Shown here: piece by piece, positions 19,212 to 28,631 of the stretch
Layout: every line of letters begins with the position of its first letter
Position numbering within the stretch: the first letter of the stretch is position 1
Source of the DNA: an uncultured virus (IMG/VR IMGVR_UViG_3300032241_001451)
Taxonomy: Duplodnaviria > Heunggongvirae > Uroviricota > Caudoviricetes
IMG/VR virus record: IMGVR_UViG_3300032241_001451
DNA length: 64,000 nucleotides
Reading direction: 5' to 3' (one strand)
The notes under the pieces: model-generated
Databases searched by the model: none
What the model was told of the DNA's origin: nothing
The model's input: the letters and a program-made list of their open reading frames with translations, nothing else
Program-made: the position numbers and the translations under genes

Positions 19212-19802
19212 ATGAATATCGGAGTAATCGCATTTGAAAATGAAGACGTCAGTGAAGGCCTCAAAGATTTATTTGATGTTTATTCAGATTTAGAATTAAC
19301 TGTTTTTATTCCAGTAACGGAAGATGACCAAGACTTTATACAAAGCGTATTGCGAACTTGTATTGAAGCAGAGGTCAAAGTAACAGCCTTCATAGAATCA
19401 GCAGAGGGCTTAGACCATTTACTCAAACAAGCAGATGACATTGTTGTCTCAGGAAACCCAGTCAAGGAAGTAGTTAACCAACTGAAAGCAGGAGATGCTT
19501 TAGCAATTGCTTGGGATGACAGCCCTCAGTCACATGTGATTATCCATGCCGTCGAAGACTTGGCTCTTGATACATGGGATATCTCACATGGCTTGATTGA
19601 GATTGACATTGACGATATTGGCTTGGACATAGATACTGAAGGTCTGCATGACCTTATGCACCAAAGCCTAGGGACCTTTATAGAGGCTTTAGCAGCCTTT
19701 GTAGCCTCCACGGTTATGGAGTCATTGAGCCAAGCCGTTGATGACCACATGAGGGATTCTGAGAACAAAAAGGATATTTCACCTTTCAAGGATGATGAGT
19801 AA
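19212..19802 (+). CDS. Acidic hypothetical protein
   Basis: 196 aa ORF with RBS. Confidence 0.6.
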   Translation: MNIGVIAFENEDVSEGLKDLFDVYSDLELTVFIPVTEDDQDFIQSVLRTCIEAEVKVTAFIESAEGLDHLLKQADDIVVSGNPVKEVVNQLKAGDALAIAWDDSPQSHVIIHAVEDLALDTWDISHGLIEIDIDDIGLDIDTEGLHDLMHQSLGTFIEALAAFVASTVMESLSQAVDDHMRDSENKKDISPFKDDE

Positions 19803-19807
19803 TCCAT

Positions 19808-20863
19808 ATGGCAATTTTTCCAACGTTGGCCTGGGAAGCGTCTTTATCTAATTATGAGTTTAGGCTCTTGTACGTAATTTGCCATTTTGCGGGCTCTGGC
19901 ACCTCTTTTAAGGCCTCAGTAGAAGAGTTGGCAGGTATGACTGGCAAAGCAAATGAAAAGACCGTTAGAAGGGCTTTAAAGGCGTTAGAAGACAAAGGGT
20001 TTATAAAGCGAAAGCCGTCTAAACGAGCAAACGGATACCGAGGAATTGACATAATTGAGATTTTAAAGGGGGATACTCCAAATTTAAATGCTATCCCATC
20101 GTTTCAAAGACCGCCTTTGTCCCCCAATTTTGTCCATAATCAAGTCGATGAAAGTAAAAATGTCCAAGAAGATGATGGACAAAATGTCCGCACCTCACCT
20201 GACTATGTATCTGGTGGTACTAATAGTCATAAGCCATTAGTACCTAATAGCCAAGATAGTTATAAATTAAAAGATTCTGAAACTAAAAGTTTCAAGAAGG
20301 AGATAAGGATTCCTATGAGAAAATGGGAAGATGATGGAGAAGACTTGGCAGGCTTTGGTCTTGTTGAACCGAAGGATGCGCCACAGCCAAAAATCAGGAA
20401 GAGCGACCCTAAGACGAGAGGTAAGCGCCCAGAGCATGAGTGGACTCCAATGGACGTCGCTGCTGAGTTCTCTTACAGAGTTGGCAAGAAGTACCCACTC
20501 CTACCAGGAACCGTTAGCGTCAAGCAACTCTCAGGCGCCCTTGCAAAGTTTAGAAAGCAATACGCAACAACTCCATTGATTGAGTTAGAACTTCTGCGCC
20601 TGTTTATGGCAGATGAAAGCAACTTTAAAAACATCGGGGATGAAGCCCCATTCCTGTATAAGTTATATCTTTCTTCTTTTGGCAAGAAGATGAACCAGGC
20701 AAGAGAGAACCTTGGACTTGCAAAAGTAACTTCCAAGGTAGAGACTACAGAAAGTGCAGCGACCCTTGTAGCCAGCGATGGTCGTGTATTCCAGAATTCA
20801 CTATCTGGTAGAAAACAACTAGAACGACACGAAGCACGCCTAAAGGAGGCAATCAATGGCTAA
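19808..20863 (+). CDS. HTH replication initiator-like protein
   Basis: N-terminal winged HTH (SVEELA.MTG...KTVRRALKALEDKGFI); upstream of DnaC-like loader and DnaB. Confidence 0.7.
   Translation: MAIFPTLAWEASLSNYEFRLLYVICHFAGSGTSFKASVEELAGMTGKANEKTVRRALKALEDKGFIKRKPSKRANGYRGIDIIEILKGDTPNLNAIPSFQRPPLSPNFVHNQVDESKNVQEDDGQNVRTSPDYVSGGTNSHKPLVPNSQDSYKLKDSETKSFKKEIRIPMRKWEDDGEDLAGFGLVEPKDAPQPKIRKSDPKTRGKRPEHEWTPMDVAAEFSYRVGKKYPLLPGTVSVKQLSGALAKFRKQYATTPLIELELLRLFMADESNFKNIGDEAPFLYKLYLSSFGKKMNQARENLGLAKVTSKVETTESAATLVASDGRVFQNSLSGRKQLERHEARLKEAING
20116..20300. promoter_or_regulatory. Candidate replication origin inside the initiator gene
   Basis: Four TGTCC-core repeats, a 9 bp inverted repeat and an AT-rich tract. 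Confidence 0.5.
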
Positions 20864-21167
20864 AAAGAAATCAGCAGTGTTCACTGCTTCAATCACACTC
20901 AATCCTGAAAAGGCTGGAGCATGGTTGGCGTATTATAATCTCACAACATTTGAAACTTCTAGCGCAGGATTAAATTCACTTCCTGACCAAGAAGGCAAAG
21001 GCGCACAAACAGCGTGGAAAAATGCTTCTGCTGCAAAGCGTTGGATTAAAGAGATGGTTCTGCAAAACACAACTCGCAAGAGTGTAAAGATGAATCCAAC
21101 AAAGTTTAACGAGGCTGAAAAGCCAACAGCATTTGAAGGTCGTTTGGAGTTCAAGGTCGACGCATGA
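20856..21167 (+). CDS. Hypothetical protein
   Basis: AAGGAGG RBS; coupled to neighbours. Confidence 0.7.
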   Translation: MAKKKSAVFTASITLNPEKAGAWLAYYNLTTFETSSAGLNSLPDQEGKGAQTAWKNASAAKRWIKEMVLQNTTRKSVKMNPTKFNEAEKPTAFEGRLEFKVDA

Positions 21168-21388
21168 CTTTTGATTGGAACGAAGACAACTGGGTGAAGC
21201 AAGAATATCCAAATAGATTTCTTCGCTGGTATGGAACCTTTATGGGAAAAATTGCTCATTGGTTTTTAATGCGTGCATTGCCATACCAAACTACGTACAG
21301 CGTTCCAAGAACTGATGACAGTCACGACTACGATTGGGAAAAACTTCGTAGAGAATATTTAAAATGGAGGGAAGACAACGATGTATGA
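21164..21388 (+). CDS. Hypothetical Trp-rich small protein
   Basis: ATGA overlap. Confidence 0.6.
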   Translation: MTFDWNEDNWVKQEYPNRFLRWYGTFMGKIAHWFLMRALPYQTTYSVPRTDDSHDYDWEKLRREYLKWREDNDV

Positions 21389-22103
21389 CATAAACACGTT
21401 ATCGCCACTTAAGAAACATTGGTTACTTCGTACATCAAACATTCCTCGTAGATTTTTAGGTCTTGAGCCAGAAGACATAGCCAATCACACTGGTCACTTC
21501 TCGCCAGAAGTGGGTAGTTGGATTGATGACACTGTTAGTGGGCAGGTCATCAAGCAGATTGGCAACATCGGCACCAACGGTGTCGGTCTGTTGTTTGATG
21601 GCGGTCCTGGGATAGGCAAGACCACTCATGCGGTCGTGGCTGCTATGGAAGTTATTCGTCGCCTGCCAGACGAAGATACCCTAGCAGCCAAGGCTCTTGG
21701 TATGAGTACAACTGATTACGGATTAAGTGCACGTCCGATTTATTACATGACTTATCCAGAGTTCTTATCAAGAAAGAAATCTACTTTTGATGCAGACCCT
21801 GAAGATAAGCGAAACATGGTTTATGAGTTAGACGGATTTCATGGGCGTTGTAAATTTGATTGGCTTAATGTGCGTGTATTAGTTATTGACGATTTAGGTA
21901 AAGAATATGGCTCTAAATACGATGATTCTTCTTTTGATGAAATCCTTCGTTTGCGTTATGACAAGGGCTTACCAACCATTGTGACAACAAATGTTCGTCT
22001 TGAAGATTGGGAAGCAAATTATCGTGAAGCAATGTCGAGTTTCGCACACGAAGCCTTCATTAGAGTGCCTATAGTTGGTGCTGACCTACGAGGCGCCCAA
22101 TGA
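21381..22103 (+). CDS. DnaC/IstB-like helicase loader ATPase
   Basis: Walker A GGPGIGKT, Walker B LVIDDLGKE, R.....PTIVTTN. Confidence 0.9.
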   Translation: MYDINTLSPLKKHWLLRTSNIPRRFLGLEPEDIANHTGHFSPEVGSWIDDTVSGQVIKQIGNIGTNGVGLLFDGGPGIGKTTHAVVAAMEVIRRLPDEDTLAAKALGMSTTDYGLSARPIYYMTYPEFLSRKKSTFDADPEDKRNMVYELDGFHGRCKFDWLNVRVLVIDDLGKEYGSKYDDSSFDEILRLRYDKGLPTIVTTNVRLEDWEANYREAMSSFAHEAFIRVPIVGADLRGAQ

Positions 22104-22408
22104 AAGGTATGAGCATGGATACACCGTGGAGAACGGTCCAAATGTTCCTCTCTGCCCAAGGTGCTGGTGTTTTTGAAGTTGAGATTGATACCGATACAAA
22201 AGAGACTCGTTGTAATTGCCCTGTCTATAGTAAGCGCGGGTCTTGCAAACATATTCTCTTTGTAAATTTAAAGATGAAACTAAATGACGGTCATTACTCA
22301 ATTACGATTCCAGGAGAAGTCCCAGAAGAACTTGCTTTGGTTGCCAGTGAAGACCCTAAGAAGTTTCGTGAGTTTATTCTTAAGTACGCTACAGTAGAGG
22401 TAATATGA
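22100..22408 (+). CDS. SWIM zinc-finger protein
   Basis: CNC-x8-CKH. Confidence 0.8.
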   Translation: MKGMSMDTPWRTVQMFLSAQGAGVFEVEIDTDTKETRCNCPVYSKRGSCKHILFVNLKMKLNDGHYSITIPGEVPEELALVASEDPKKFREFILKYATVEVI

Positions 22409-22821
22409 AAAACGGAGACATATCCAATGTCTCCTCACCACAGGTAATTTGCTCCACTGATGTGGTCTGTCAGTTATTGACAGAGGAGACAAAGAAATTT
22501 CTTTCTACAAAAGTAGAGAGCAAAATAGGGCAAATCAATTTGCTTGCTGCAAACAAGTTGTGGAACCTTGCTAACAATTATGGTATCTCATTAGAGTTGG
22601 CTGGATTTGAAAGCGAAGGTTGGACAGAACAACTTCTTGAGAAAGCATTTGAAAAACTTGAACGCCGTGTAGTTAATCCATTTAACTATTGGCAACTTTA
22701 CGAAGATGTAGATGAATTGGTAGGCATGCTACCGTACCGTCCTAATCTAAAGGGCGTAATAGACATACCAGGCCGAGTTGCGCGATATGGGTCAGCAGGA
22801 GTAGAACTAGACAACTTGTAA
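22405..22821 (+). CDS. Hypothetical protein
   Basis: Coupled ORF with GAGG RBS. Confidence 0.65.
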   Translation: MKNGDISNVSSPQVICSTDVVCQLLTEETKKFLSTKVESKIGQINLLAANKLWNLANNYGISLELAGFESEGWTEQLLEKAFEKLERRVVNPFNYWQLYEDVDELVGMLPYRPNLKGVIDIPGRVARYGSAGVELDNL

Positions 22822-22832
22822 GAGGGGGAGCA

Positions 22833-24092
22833 GTGGCAGCAGAAAAATTTAGTAACGAACATCGGCTACTTAGTCGCATCATTAAGACTCGTGAGATAAC
22901 GTCAGTACTACAACGTGGCGTTAATGAATCTTGGTTCTTAGACGATGCTGACCGCAAAGTATGGGCGTTTGTTAGAAAGCATTACGCTGAATACAGCGAA
23001 GTTCCTTCAGAAGTAGTTGTTAACGACCATTACCCAAATTATCTTGTTTTAGATTTTGAAGATACAACCGAATATTTGCTAGATACGTTGGTGGAGTTTC
23101 GCCGTCGTATGCTTACTCGACAAGGTTTAGAAGCAGCCGTTGAAAATCTTCAGTCACAAGACCACGAAGCCGCTTTGCTTTCGATGGAACAAACCATTAC
23201 AAGAGTTAATGAGCAAGGCATCTCTGGCACTCATGAGATTGACCTTAGTAAAAACACTGAGGAACGTTATAAGAGTTATCAGTCTTTACAGAACAATGAC
23301 TTCTTGGGTATTCCAACTGGGTTTACAAAAGTTGATGAAGCAACCGCAGGACTGCAAGGCGGACAACTTATTACGATTATTGCCCCTCCTAAAACTGGTA
23401 AATCACAAATTGCTTTGCAAATGGCTATAAATGTTCACCAACAAGGGTATACCCCTATGTTTCAATCATTTGAGATGAATAACCACGAGCAACAACAGCG
23501 TCACGACGCTATGCGTGCCCACGTTGACCACAATAGGTTGCGTAGAGGAAAGTTGTTACCAGAAGAAGAGTCTAGATATATAGACACTTTGAATGAGATG
23601 GAAAAAGAACACTCTTTTCATCTTGTAGATGCAGTACATGGAATTACTGTCTCAGCACTTGCAGCAAAAATTGAACAGACTAAACCAGACATTGTCTTTG
23701 TAGATGGTGTGTATTTGATGTTAGATGAAATTACAGGAGAGATGAATACTCCTCAAGCCATTACTAACATTACTCGCGCAATGAAACGGTTAGCACAGCG
23801 CGTTAATAAACCAGTTATTATTACTACTCAAACACTTCTTTGGAAAATGCGTGCAGGAAAAGTTACTGCCGATTCTATTGGTTACTCTTCTTCTTTCTTC
23901 CAAGATTCAGATGTCATTCTTGGTTTGGAACCAATTGAAGAAGACGATGGGATTCGTAATTTAAAAGTTGTTGCTAGTCGTAACTGTGGTCCAGCAGAAA
24001 CTGCTCTGACTTGGCGTTGGGAGACAGGCTGCTTCCATGATGAGTCACAGATGATTAAATGCGTTCATTGTGCTAAGTGGTCATCTCGATGA
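22833..24092 (+). CDS. dnaB: DnaB-like replicative helicase
   Basis: GIPTGF..VD....G, Walker A APPKTGKS, SFEM, VFVDG, QDSD. Confidence 0.92.
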   Translation: MAAEKFSNEHRLLSRIIKTREITSVLQRGVNESWFLDDADRKVWAFVRKHYAEYSEVPSEVVVNDHYPNYLVLDFEDTTEYLLDTLVEFRRRMLTRQGLEAAVENLQSQDHEAALLSMEQTITRVNEQGISGTHEIDLSKNTEERYKSYQSLQNNDFLGIPTGFTKVDEATAGLQGGQLITIIAPPKTGKSQIALQMAINVHQQGYTPMFQSFEMNNHEQQQRHDAMRAHVDHNRLRRGKLLPEEESRYIDTLNEMEKEHSFHLVDAVHGITVSALAAKIEQTKPDIVFVDGVYLMLDEITGEMNTPQAITNITRAMKRLAQRVNKPVIITTQTLLWKMRAGKVTADSIGYSSSFFQDSDVILGLEPIEEDDGIRNLKVVASRNCGPAETALTWRWETGCFHDESQMIKCVHCAKWSSR

Positions 24093-25027
24093 TTGACATT
24101 GAAAAGGTTCTTCTTTCCCTTGATATAAGCCTTGTCTCACAACGTGGTGAAGAAGTTCAAGGATTGTGCCCAATGCATAAAGCACGTACAGGTAAGGAAG
24201 ACCATAACCCATCTTGGTGGATTAATTCTGAGACAGGTGCTCACATTTGTTTTTCGTGTGGGTATAAAGGAAACATCTACACACTTGTTGCAGATATTAA
24301 AGGTATGGATTACTTTGATGCAAAAGATTATGTTAATGCAAGTCCCGAATTAGATATTGATGTGTTGTTAAAGCGTATTCGTGAGTTGCCACAATACATC
24401 CCCGCTGAAGAGCCACTGACAATGTCTGAAGCACGATTAGCAGTATTTACAGACCCACCAGAAAACGAACTACGGAAGAGGTTTATTAATGCAGACTCAG
24501 CAAAACACCATGGCATACTCTGGGATACCAAGCATAATTCGTGGATTCTCCCTATCCGTGACCCGAACGATTACAGTCTCTGGGGATGGCAAGAGAAAGG
24601 AGCAAGTGGTCGTTTCTTTAAAAACCAACCAGCAGGGGTTAAAAAATCACGTACTGTATTCGGAGTCGAGGTCATGGCAACAGACATCCTTGTCGTTGTC
24701 GAATCCCCTTTAGATGTTGCACGGTTAGCATCTGCTGGAGTTGGCGGTGCTATCTCTACTTACGGAGCAATCTTAAGTGAAGAACAAGCCAAGATTATGA
24801 GACGTGCAGAAAAAATTATTGCAGCATTTGATAAAGACGAGGCTGGTAAAAAAGCATGCGAACAAATGCGTGGATATGCACGTAAATATGGTTTAGAACT
24901 TTATTACTTTAATTACACAGGCATCGATGTTAAAGACCCAGGCGATATGACTGTAGATGAAATTCATCGTGGGATAGAAACAGCAAGAGACGTTATTTAC
25001 GGAAAAAAAGCATACGCATGGTCTTAG
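24089..25027 (+). CDS. DNA primase (CHC2 zinc finger + TOPRIM)
   Basis: CPMH...CFSC, VVES..D, FDKDEAG, KDPGD. Confidence 0.92.
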   Translation: MIDIEKVLLSLDISLVSQRGEEVQGLCPMHKARTGKEDHNPSWWINSETGAHICFSCGYKGNIYTLVADIKGMDYFDAKDYVNASPELDIDVLLKRIRELPQYIPAEEPLTMSEARLAVFTDPPENELRKRFINADSAKHHGILWDTKHNSWILPIRDPNDYSLWGWQEKGASGRFFKNQPAGVKKSRTVFGVEVMATDILVVVESPLDVARLASAGVGGAISTYGAILSEEQAKIMRRAEKIIAAFDKDEAGKKACEQMRGYARKYGLELYYFNYTGIDVKDPGDMTVDEIHRGIETARDVIYGKKAYAWS

Positions 25028-25206
25028 ATGCTCGTGGAGTTCCTACACACGCTTGCCCAAATTGTGGTCATTTAATTTTTCGTATAAAGGCAATGTTTGA
25101 AGATGGAGATATTTCTTTGTGGTTTACTGACGCTGAGTGTGATGATTGTGGGGCTTTATTAACCGCACCAACCCCAGTAGATGGAGTTGAGTTTCATGGC
25201 ATTTAA
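25018..25206 (+). CDS. Zinc-ribbon protein
   Basis: CPNC...CDDC. Confidence 0.7.
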   Translation: MVLDARGVPTHACPNCGHLIFRIKAMFEDGDISLWFTDAECDDCGALLTAPTPVDGVEFHGI

Positions 25207-26830
25207 AGGAACATTGTTACCTTATCAACCAGAGGCTGTTGACAAAATGGTTGCTAGAAAGAAGATGTTAGTAGCCTATGAAATGGGTCTTGGAAAGACT
25301 GTCTTGACTATTGCTGCTATTGAAAAACTTAAAGAAGAAGGCGCTATTACAAGACCAGTTCTTGTTATTGCTTTAGCAAGTTTAAAGTATCAATGGGAAA
25401 AGGAAATACACAAGTTTTCTGATGCAGGTGCAACAGTTATTGATGGGTCAAAATCTACTCGACACATTCGTTGGGCAAGGGATATGGATTGGGAAAACCA
25501 TACCGATTATGAGATTTGCAATTACGAAACAATAGTTGCTGATTGGGAATTGATTAAAGATTACGAGTGGGGAGCCATAATTTGTGATGAAGCGACTGCT
25601 ATTAAAGGATTTAAGTCTAAGCGTTCTAAGGCTGTAAAGAAGTTATCCCAAGATGTTCCTATTAGATTTGCTTTAACAGGTACTCCAATTGAAAACGGCC
25701 GTCCTGAAGAGTTATATAGCATTATGCAGTTTGTAGATGAAAAAGTATTAGGTAGGTTTGATTTGTTTGACCAAACGTTTATTGTTCGTAATCATTTTGG
25801 AGGAGTACAACGGTACAGAAATTTGCCCTTGTTTCATGAAAAGATGAAGGCATCATCCGTACGTAAAACTCAAAAAGACGCAGACGTTGCCCCCTATCTT
25901 CCAGAAACAATCCATTACGACCCAATATTTGTGCACTTAGATAAAAAATCAGCCGAATTATATGACCGCATTTCAACAGATTTATTTACAGAATTAACAG
26001 AAGCCCAAGCACTTATGGGTTCTTCTTTTTCTTTAGAAGCGCACTATGGGCATGGATACCAACAAGGAAGCGCAGCAGATGAATTGCGTGGAAGTATTAT
26101 GTCTAAGATAACCGCTCTTAGAATGCTTGTAGACCACCCACAACTGTTAGTTAACAGCGTTGATAAGTTTAAGAATGGCTGGCAAGTTGTGGATGAAGAC
26201 ACTTCAGTCAATATTGAGGGCTCACGAGGTGGAAGTGCTTACTTGGCTGGATTGTCAGATGCAGGTGCTTTGGATGACCTGAGCAAAAAATCGCCCAAAT
26301 TAGATACAACCATTGAATATGTAATGGACCATTTAGAGATTGATGAAAACTCAAAGGTAGTTATCTTTACTTGCTACCTGGGTATGTTGCCAATAATTCA
26401 AGACATTTTGACTCAAAAGAAGATAGAAAGCAGAACTTACTCAGGTCAGATGAATGCCAACCAAAAAGAAACGGCTAAGACAGAATTTCAAACGTCTAAA
26501 GAAGTTAGAGTTCTTATTTCTACAGACGCAGGCGGTTACGGTGTCGATTTGCCCCAGGCTAACTTACTAGTAAACTATGACTTACCTTGGGCATCTGGAA
26601 CTGCAGTACAAAGGAACTCAAGAATTCGTCGCGCTTCTAGCACGTGGAAAAGCGTCGTAATCCAAGACTTCCTTGTAGACGGTTCTATAGAGGAGCGGCA
26701 ATACCAGATGCTCAATCAAAAGAACGCTGTAGCAGACGCTGTTATGGACGGAGAAGGCATTAACGTTCTGGGTGGAGTTGATTTAACGGTAGGTAGTTTG
26801 TTAAAGTTCATACAGGAAAACAAAAAGTAA
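25196..26830 (+). CDS. SNF2-family helicase/translocase
   Basis: L.PYQ, EMGLGKT, DEA, LTGTPIEN, GG.G.DL, YDLPW, Q..SR..R. Confidence 0.92.
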   Translation: MAFKGTLLPYQPEAVDKMVARKKMLVAYEMGLGKTVLTIAAIEKLKEEGAITRPVLVIALASLKYQWEKEIHKFSDAGATVIDGSKSTRHIRWARDMDWENHTDYEICNYETIVADWELIKDYEWGAIICDEATAIKGFKSKRSKAVKKLSQDVPIRFALTGTPIENGRPEELYSIMQFVDEKVLGRFDLFDQTFIVRNHFGGVQRYRNLPLFHEKMKASSVRKTQKDADVAPYLPETIHYDPIFVHLDKKSAELYDRISTDLFTELTEAQALMGSSFSLEAHYGHGYQQGSAADELRGSIMSKITALRMLVDHPQLLVNSVDKFKNGWQVVDEDTSVNIEGSRGGSAYLAGLSDAGALDDLSKKSPKLDTTIEYVMDHLEIDENSKVVIFTCYLGMLPIIQDILTQKKIESRTYSGQMNANQKETAKTEFQTSKEVRVLISTDAGGYGVDLPQANLLVNYDLPWASGTAVQRNSRIRRASSTWKSVVIQDFLVDGSIEERQYQMLNQKNAVADAVMDGEGINVLGGVDLTVGSLLKFIQENKK

Positions 26831-26840
26831 GAGGGGAAAA

Positions 26841-27281
26841 ATGGCAAGAGTCAAAGAATCCGAACCAAGGTTTGCTAATCAAGACGATTTAATTAGCCAA
26901 ACAAAACAGTATTCTTTTCTTAAATCACAACTTGATTATTTAGAAAAACAACAAAAAGAACTTCGCGCTAAGTTGTTTGAGGTTCTTGATGAAAACGGTG
27001 AGCCAGATTCTAAAGGCAACATTGTTTTAGAGTTACCACAAGATGTAGACGGCTACGTTGCACTAACAAAACAACGTCGTACACTTCGCAAGATTGATGA
27101 AGCCGCTGCTGAAGAAATCATTGTTCAAAAAGGTTTAGAAGAAACTTTGTACAAAACCATTCGCGTTGTTGATGAAGATGCTCTCATGGCTGCTTTGTAC
27201 AGTGATGAACTTACTGCAGAAGAGATTGAAATTATGTACCCACAAACAATTACGTGGGCATTGATTTTGAGTAAGAAGTAA
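26841..27281 (+). CDS. Coiled-coil protein, possibly Gam/Gp157-like
   Basis: N-terminal coiled coil; position in the replication module. Confidence 0.45.
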   Translation: MARVKESEPRFANQDDLISQTKQYSFLKSQLDYLEKQQKELRAKLFEVLDENGEPDSKGNIVLELPQDVDGYVALTKQRRTLRKIDEAAAEEIIVQKGLEETLYKTIRVVDEDALMAALYSDELTAEEIEIMYPQTITWALILSKK

Positions 27282-27283
27282 TT

Positions 27284-27409
27284 GTGAAATGTTACGTTGA
27301 TGGATGTTTAAATCCAGTTAAGTGGCGTGTTTGGATAGACGATTCTTTGTGTTGTGATGACCATGCAGAAGATATTGGTAGTTATGTAGAACAGTTAGAG
27401 AGTAATTAA
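27284..27409 (+). CDS. 41 aa Cys/His peptide (MKCYVDGC...LCCDDH)
   Basis: Translated by hand; GTG start, TAATG overlap. Confidence 0.5.
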   Translation: MKCYVDGCLNPVKWRVWIDDSLCCDDHAEDIGSYVEQLESN

Positions 27410-27894
27410 TGCCTGGCTTACGTGGGGAAGACGAGATAGCAGCAGCCTTTGCTGACCTCGAATATGTTCCTGGGTCAAAACGTAAACGCCGTGAAGCAGA
27501 CCCAAAAGTTTCCCGCAAAAAAGTGGGAGAAACAAATGGTTGGGATGAACACCCAATCAGCAAAACATTAGGTGGACAAGATGTTGAAGTGTTTACTATC
27601 AGTGCTTTAGCAAAAGCATTAGAGAAAAACATTGTGACAGTTCGCTTATGGGAGCGCAAAGGATACATTCCGCGAGCGCCTTACCGTTTAAGGTCAAAGA
27701 CTTTAAACAACAGTAAGACGGGAGGGAATCGGGTGTATACCCGCGCTCTTATTGAAGTCACGATAGAGGAGTTTTCCAAACGTGGCTTAATCGGCTCCGA
27801 CCGTGTAGAGTGGAGCCAACTTGAAGACCTGACAGATGCTTTAGTAAGGCGCTGGAAGGACATCACTGCCAAAGAGAGCCAAAGTGCCTCATGA
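27409..27894 (+). CDS. MerR-like HTH DNA-binding protein
   Basis: FTISALAKAL....TVRLWE.KG.IP...R.YT. Confidence 0.8.
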   Translation: MPGLRGEDEIAAAFADLEYVPGSKRKRREADPKVSRKKVGETNGWDEHPISKTLGGQDVEVFTISALAKALEKNIVTVRLWERKGYIPRAPYRLRSKTLNNSKTGGNRVYTRALIEVTIEEFSKRGLIGSDRVEWSQLEDLTDALVRRWKDITAKESQSAS

Positions 27895-27908
27895 CCCAAA
27901 GGAAAAAA

Positions 27909-28562
27909 ATGCCTATAACAAAACCAGCGGTGGAAGCCGCAGACTATCTTGATGAAGATAGTTTAGAAGTCCAACCTAAAGTTGGAACAACCGTACAACA
28001 AGGTTGGGATTCTCTTGATGCGTTGATGAACAACGACTCAACTGAGTTTCCAACTGACTTCCGTTTTTCAGAGGACCCACAACTTGTGAAGTTCCTTGAT
28101 AAGACTGGACCATTTGCAACATACGAACAGCACTGGATTGAGCGTCCAAAGGGCAAAAAGTCTTTTGTATGCATCGGTGCTGGATGCCCACTTTGCGAAA
28201 TCCTTGGCGATAAGCCACGTGGAAAATTTGCATTCAATGTTTTGGTTCTTTCAGACCCAGAACCAACAGTACAAGTATTAACTGCACCACCATCACTCGC
28301 ACGTCAAATAAAGAAGGCTCATGATGATGAGCGTAAAGGTCCTATTGACCGCGAGTTTTGGGAAGTTTCTCGGTTGGGAACAGGTCCAACAACGCAGTAC
28401 ACCCTCGACTTCGTTCGTGGGCGTGACCTGACAGAGGAATGGAAGTTACCGCAAGAACGCGTAACTGAGTTAGTAGCAAACGCTGAGTTATTCTCAGCCG
28501 ATGAAGTAGTGCGTGAAACCCCCCGTTCTGAACTGCTTGAAATCGCTCGCTCTTTAGCGTAA
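27909..28562 (+). CDS. Single-stranded DNA-binding protein (gp32-like)
   Basis: EQHW, C...CPLC, R.GTG.TTQY; upstream of the polymerase. Confidence 0.7.
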   Translation: MPITKPAVEAADYLDEDSLEVQPKVGTTVQQGWDSLDALMNNDSTEFPTDFRFSEDPQLVKFLDKTGPFATYEQHWIERPKGKKSFVCIGAGCPLCEILGDKPRGKFAFNVLVLSDPEPTVQVLTAPPSLARQIKKAHDDERKGPIDREFWEVSRLGTGPTTQYTLDFVRGRDLTEEWKLPQERVTELVANAELFSADEVVRETPRSELLEIARSLA

Positions 28563-28571
28563 CTTCCACAA

Positions 28572-28611
28572 GTATGGGAGCCTGTGTTATTCCGTTCGCA
28601 GGCTCCCGTAC
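28572..28611 (+). promoter_or_regulatory. 15 bp stem-loop between SSB and polymerase (terminator or processing element)
   Basis: GTATGGGAGCCTGTG-N10-CGCAGGCTCCCGTAC with two G:U pairs; no U tract. Confidence 0.65.
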
Positions 28612-28631
28612 ACTAACTTCTAGGGGGACAC

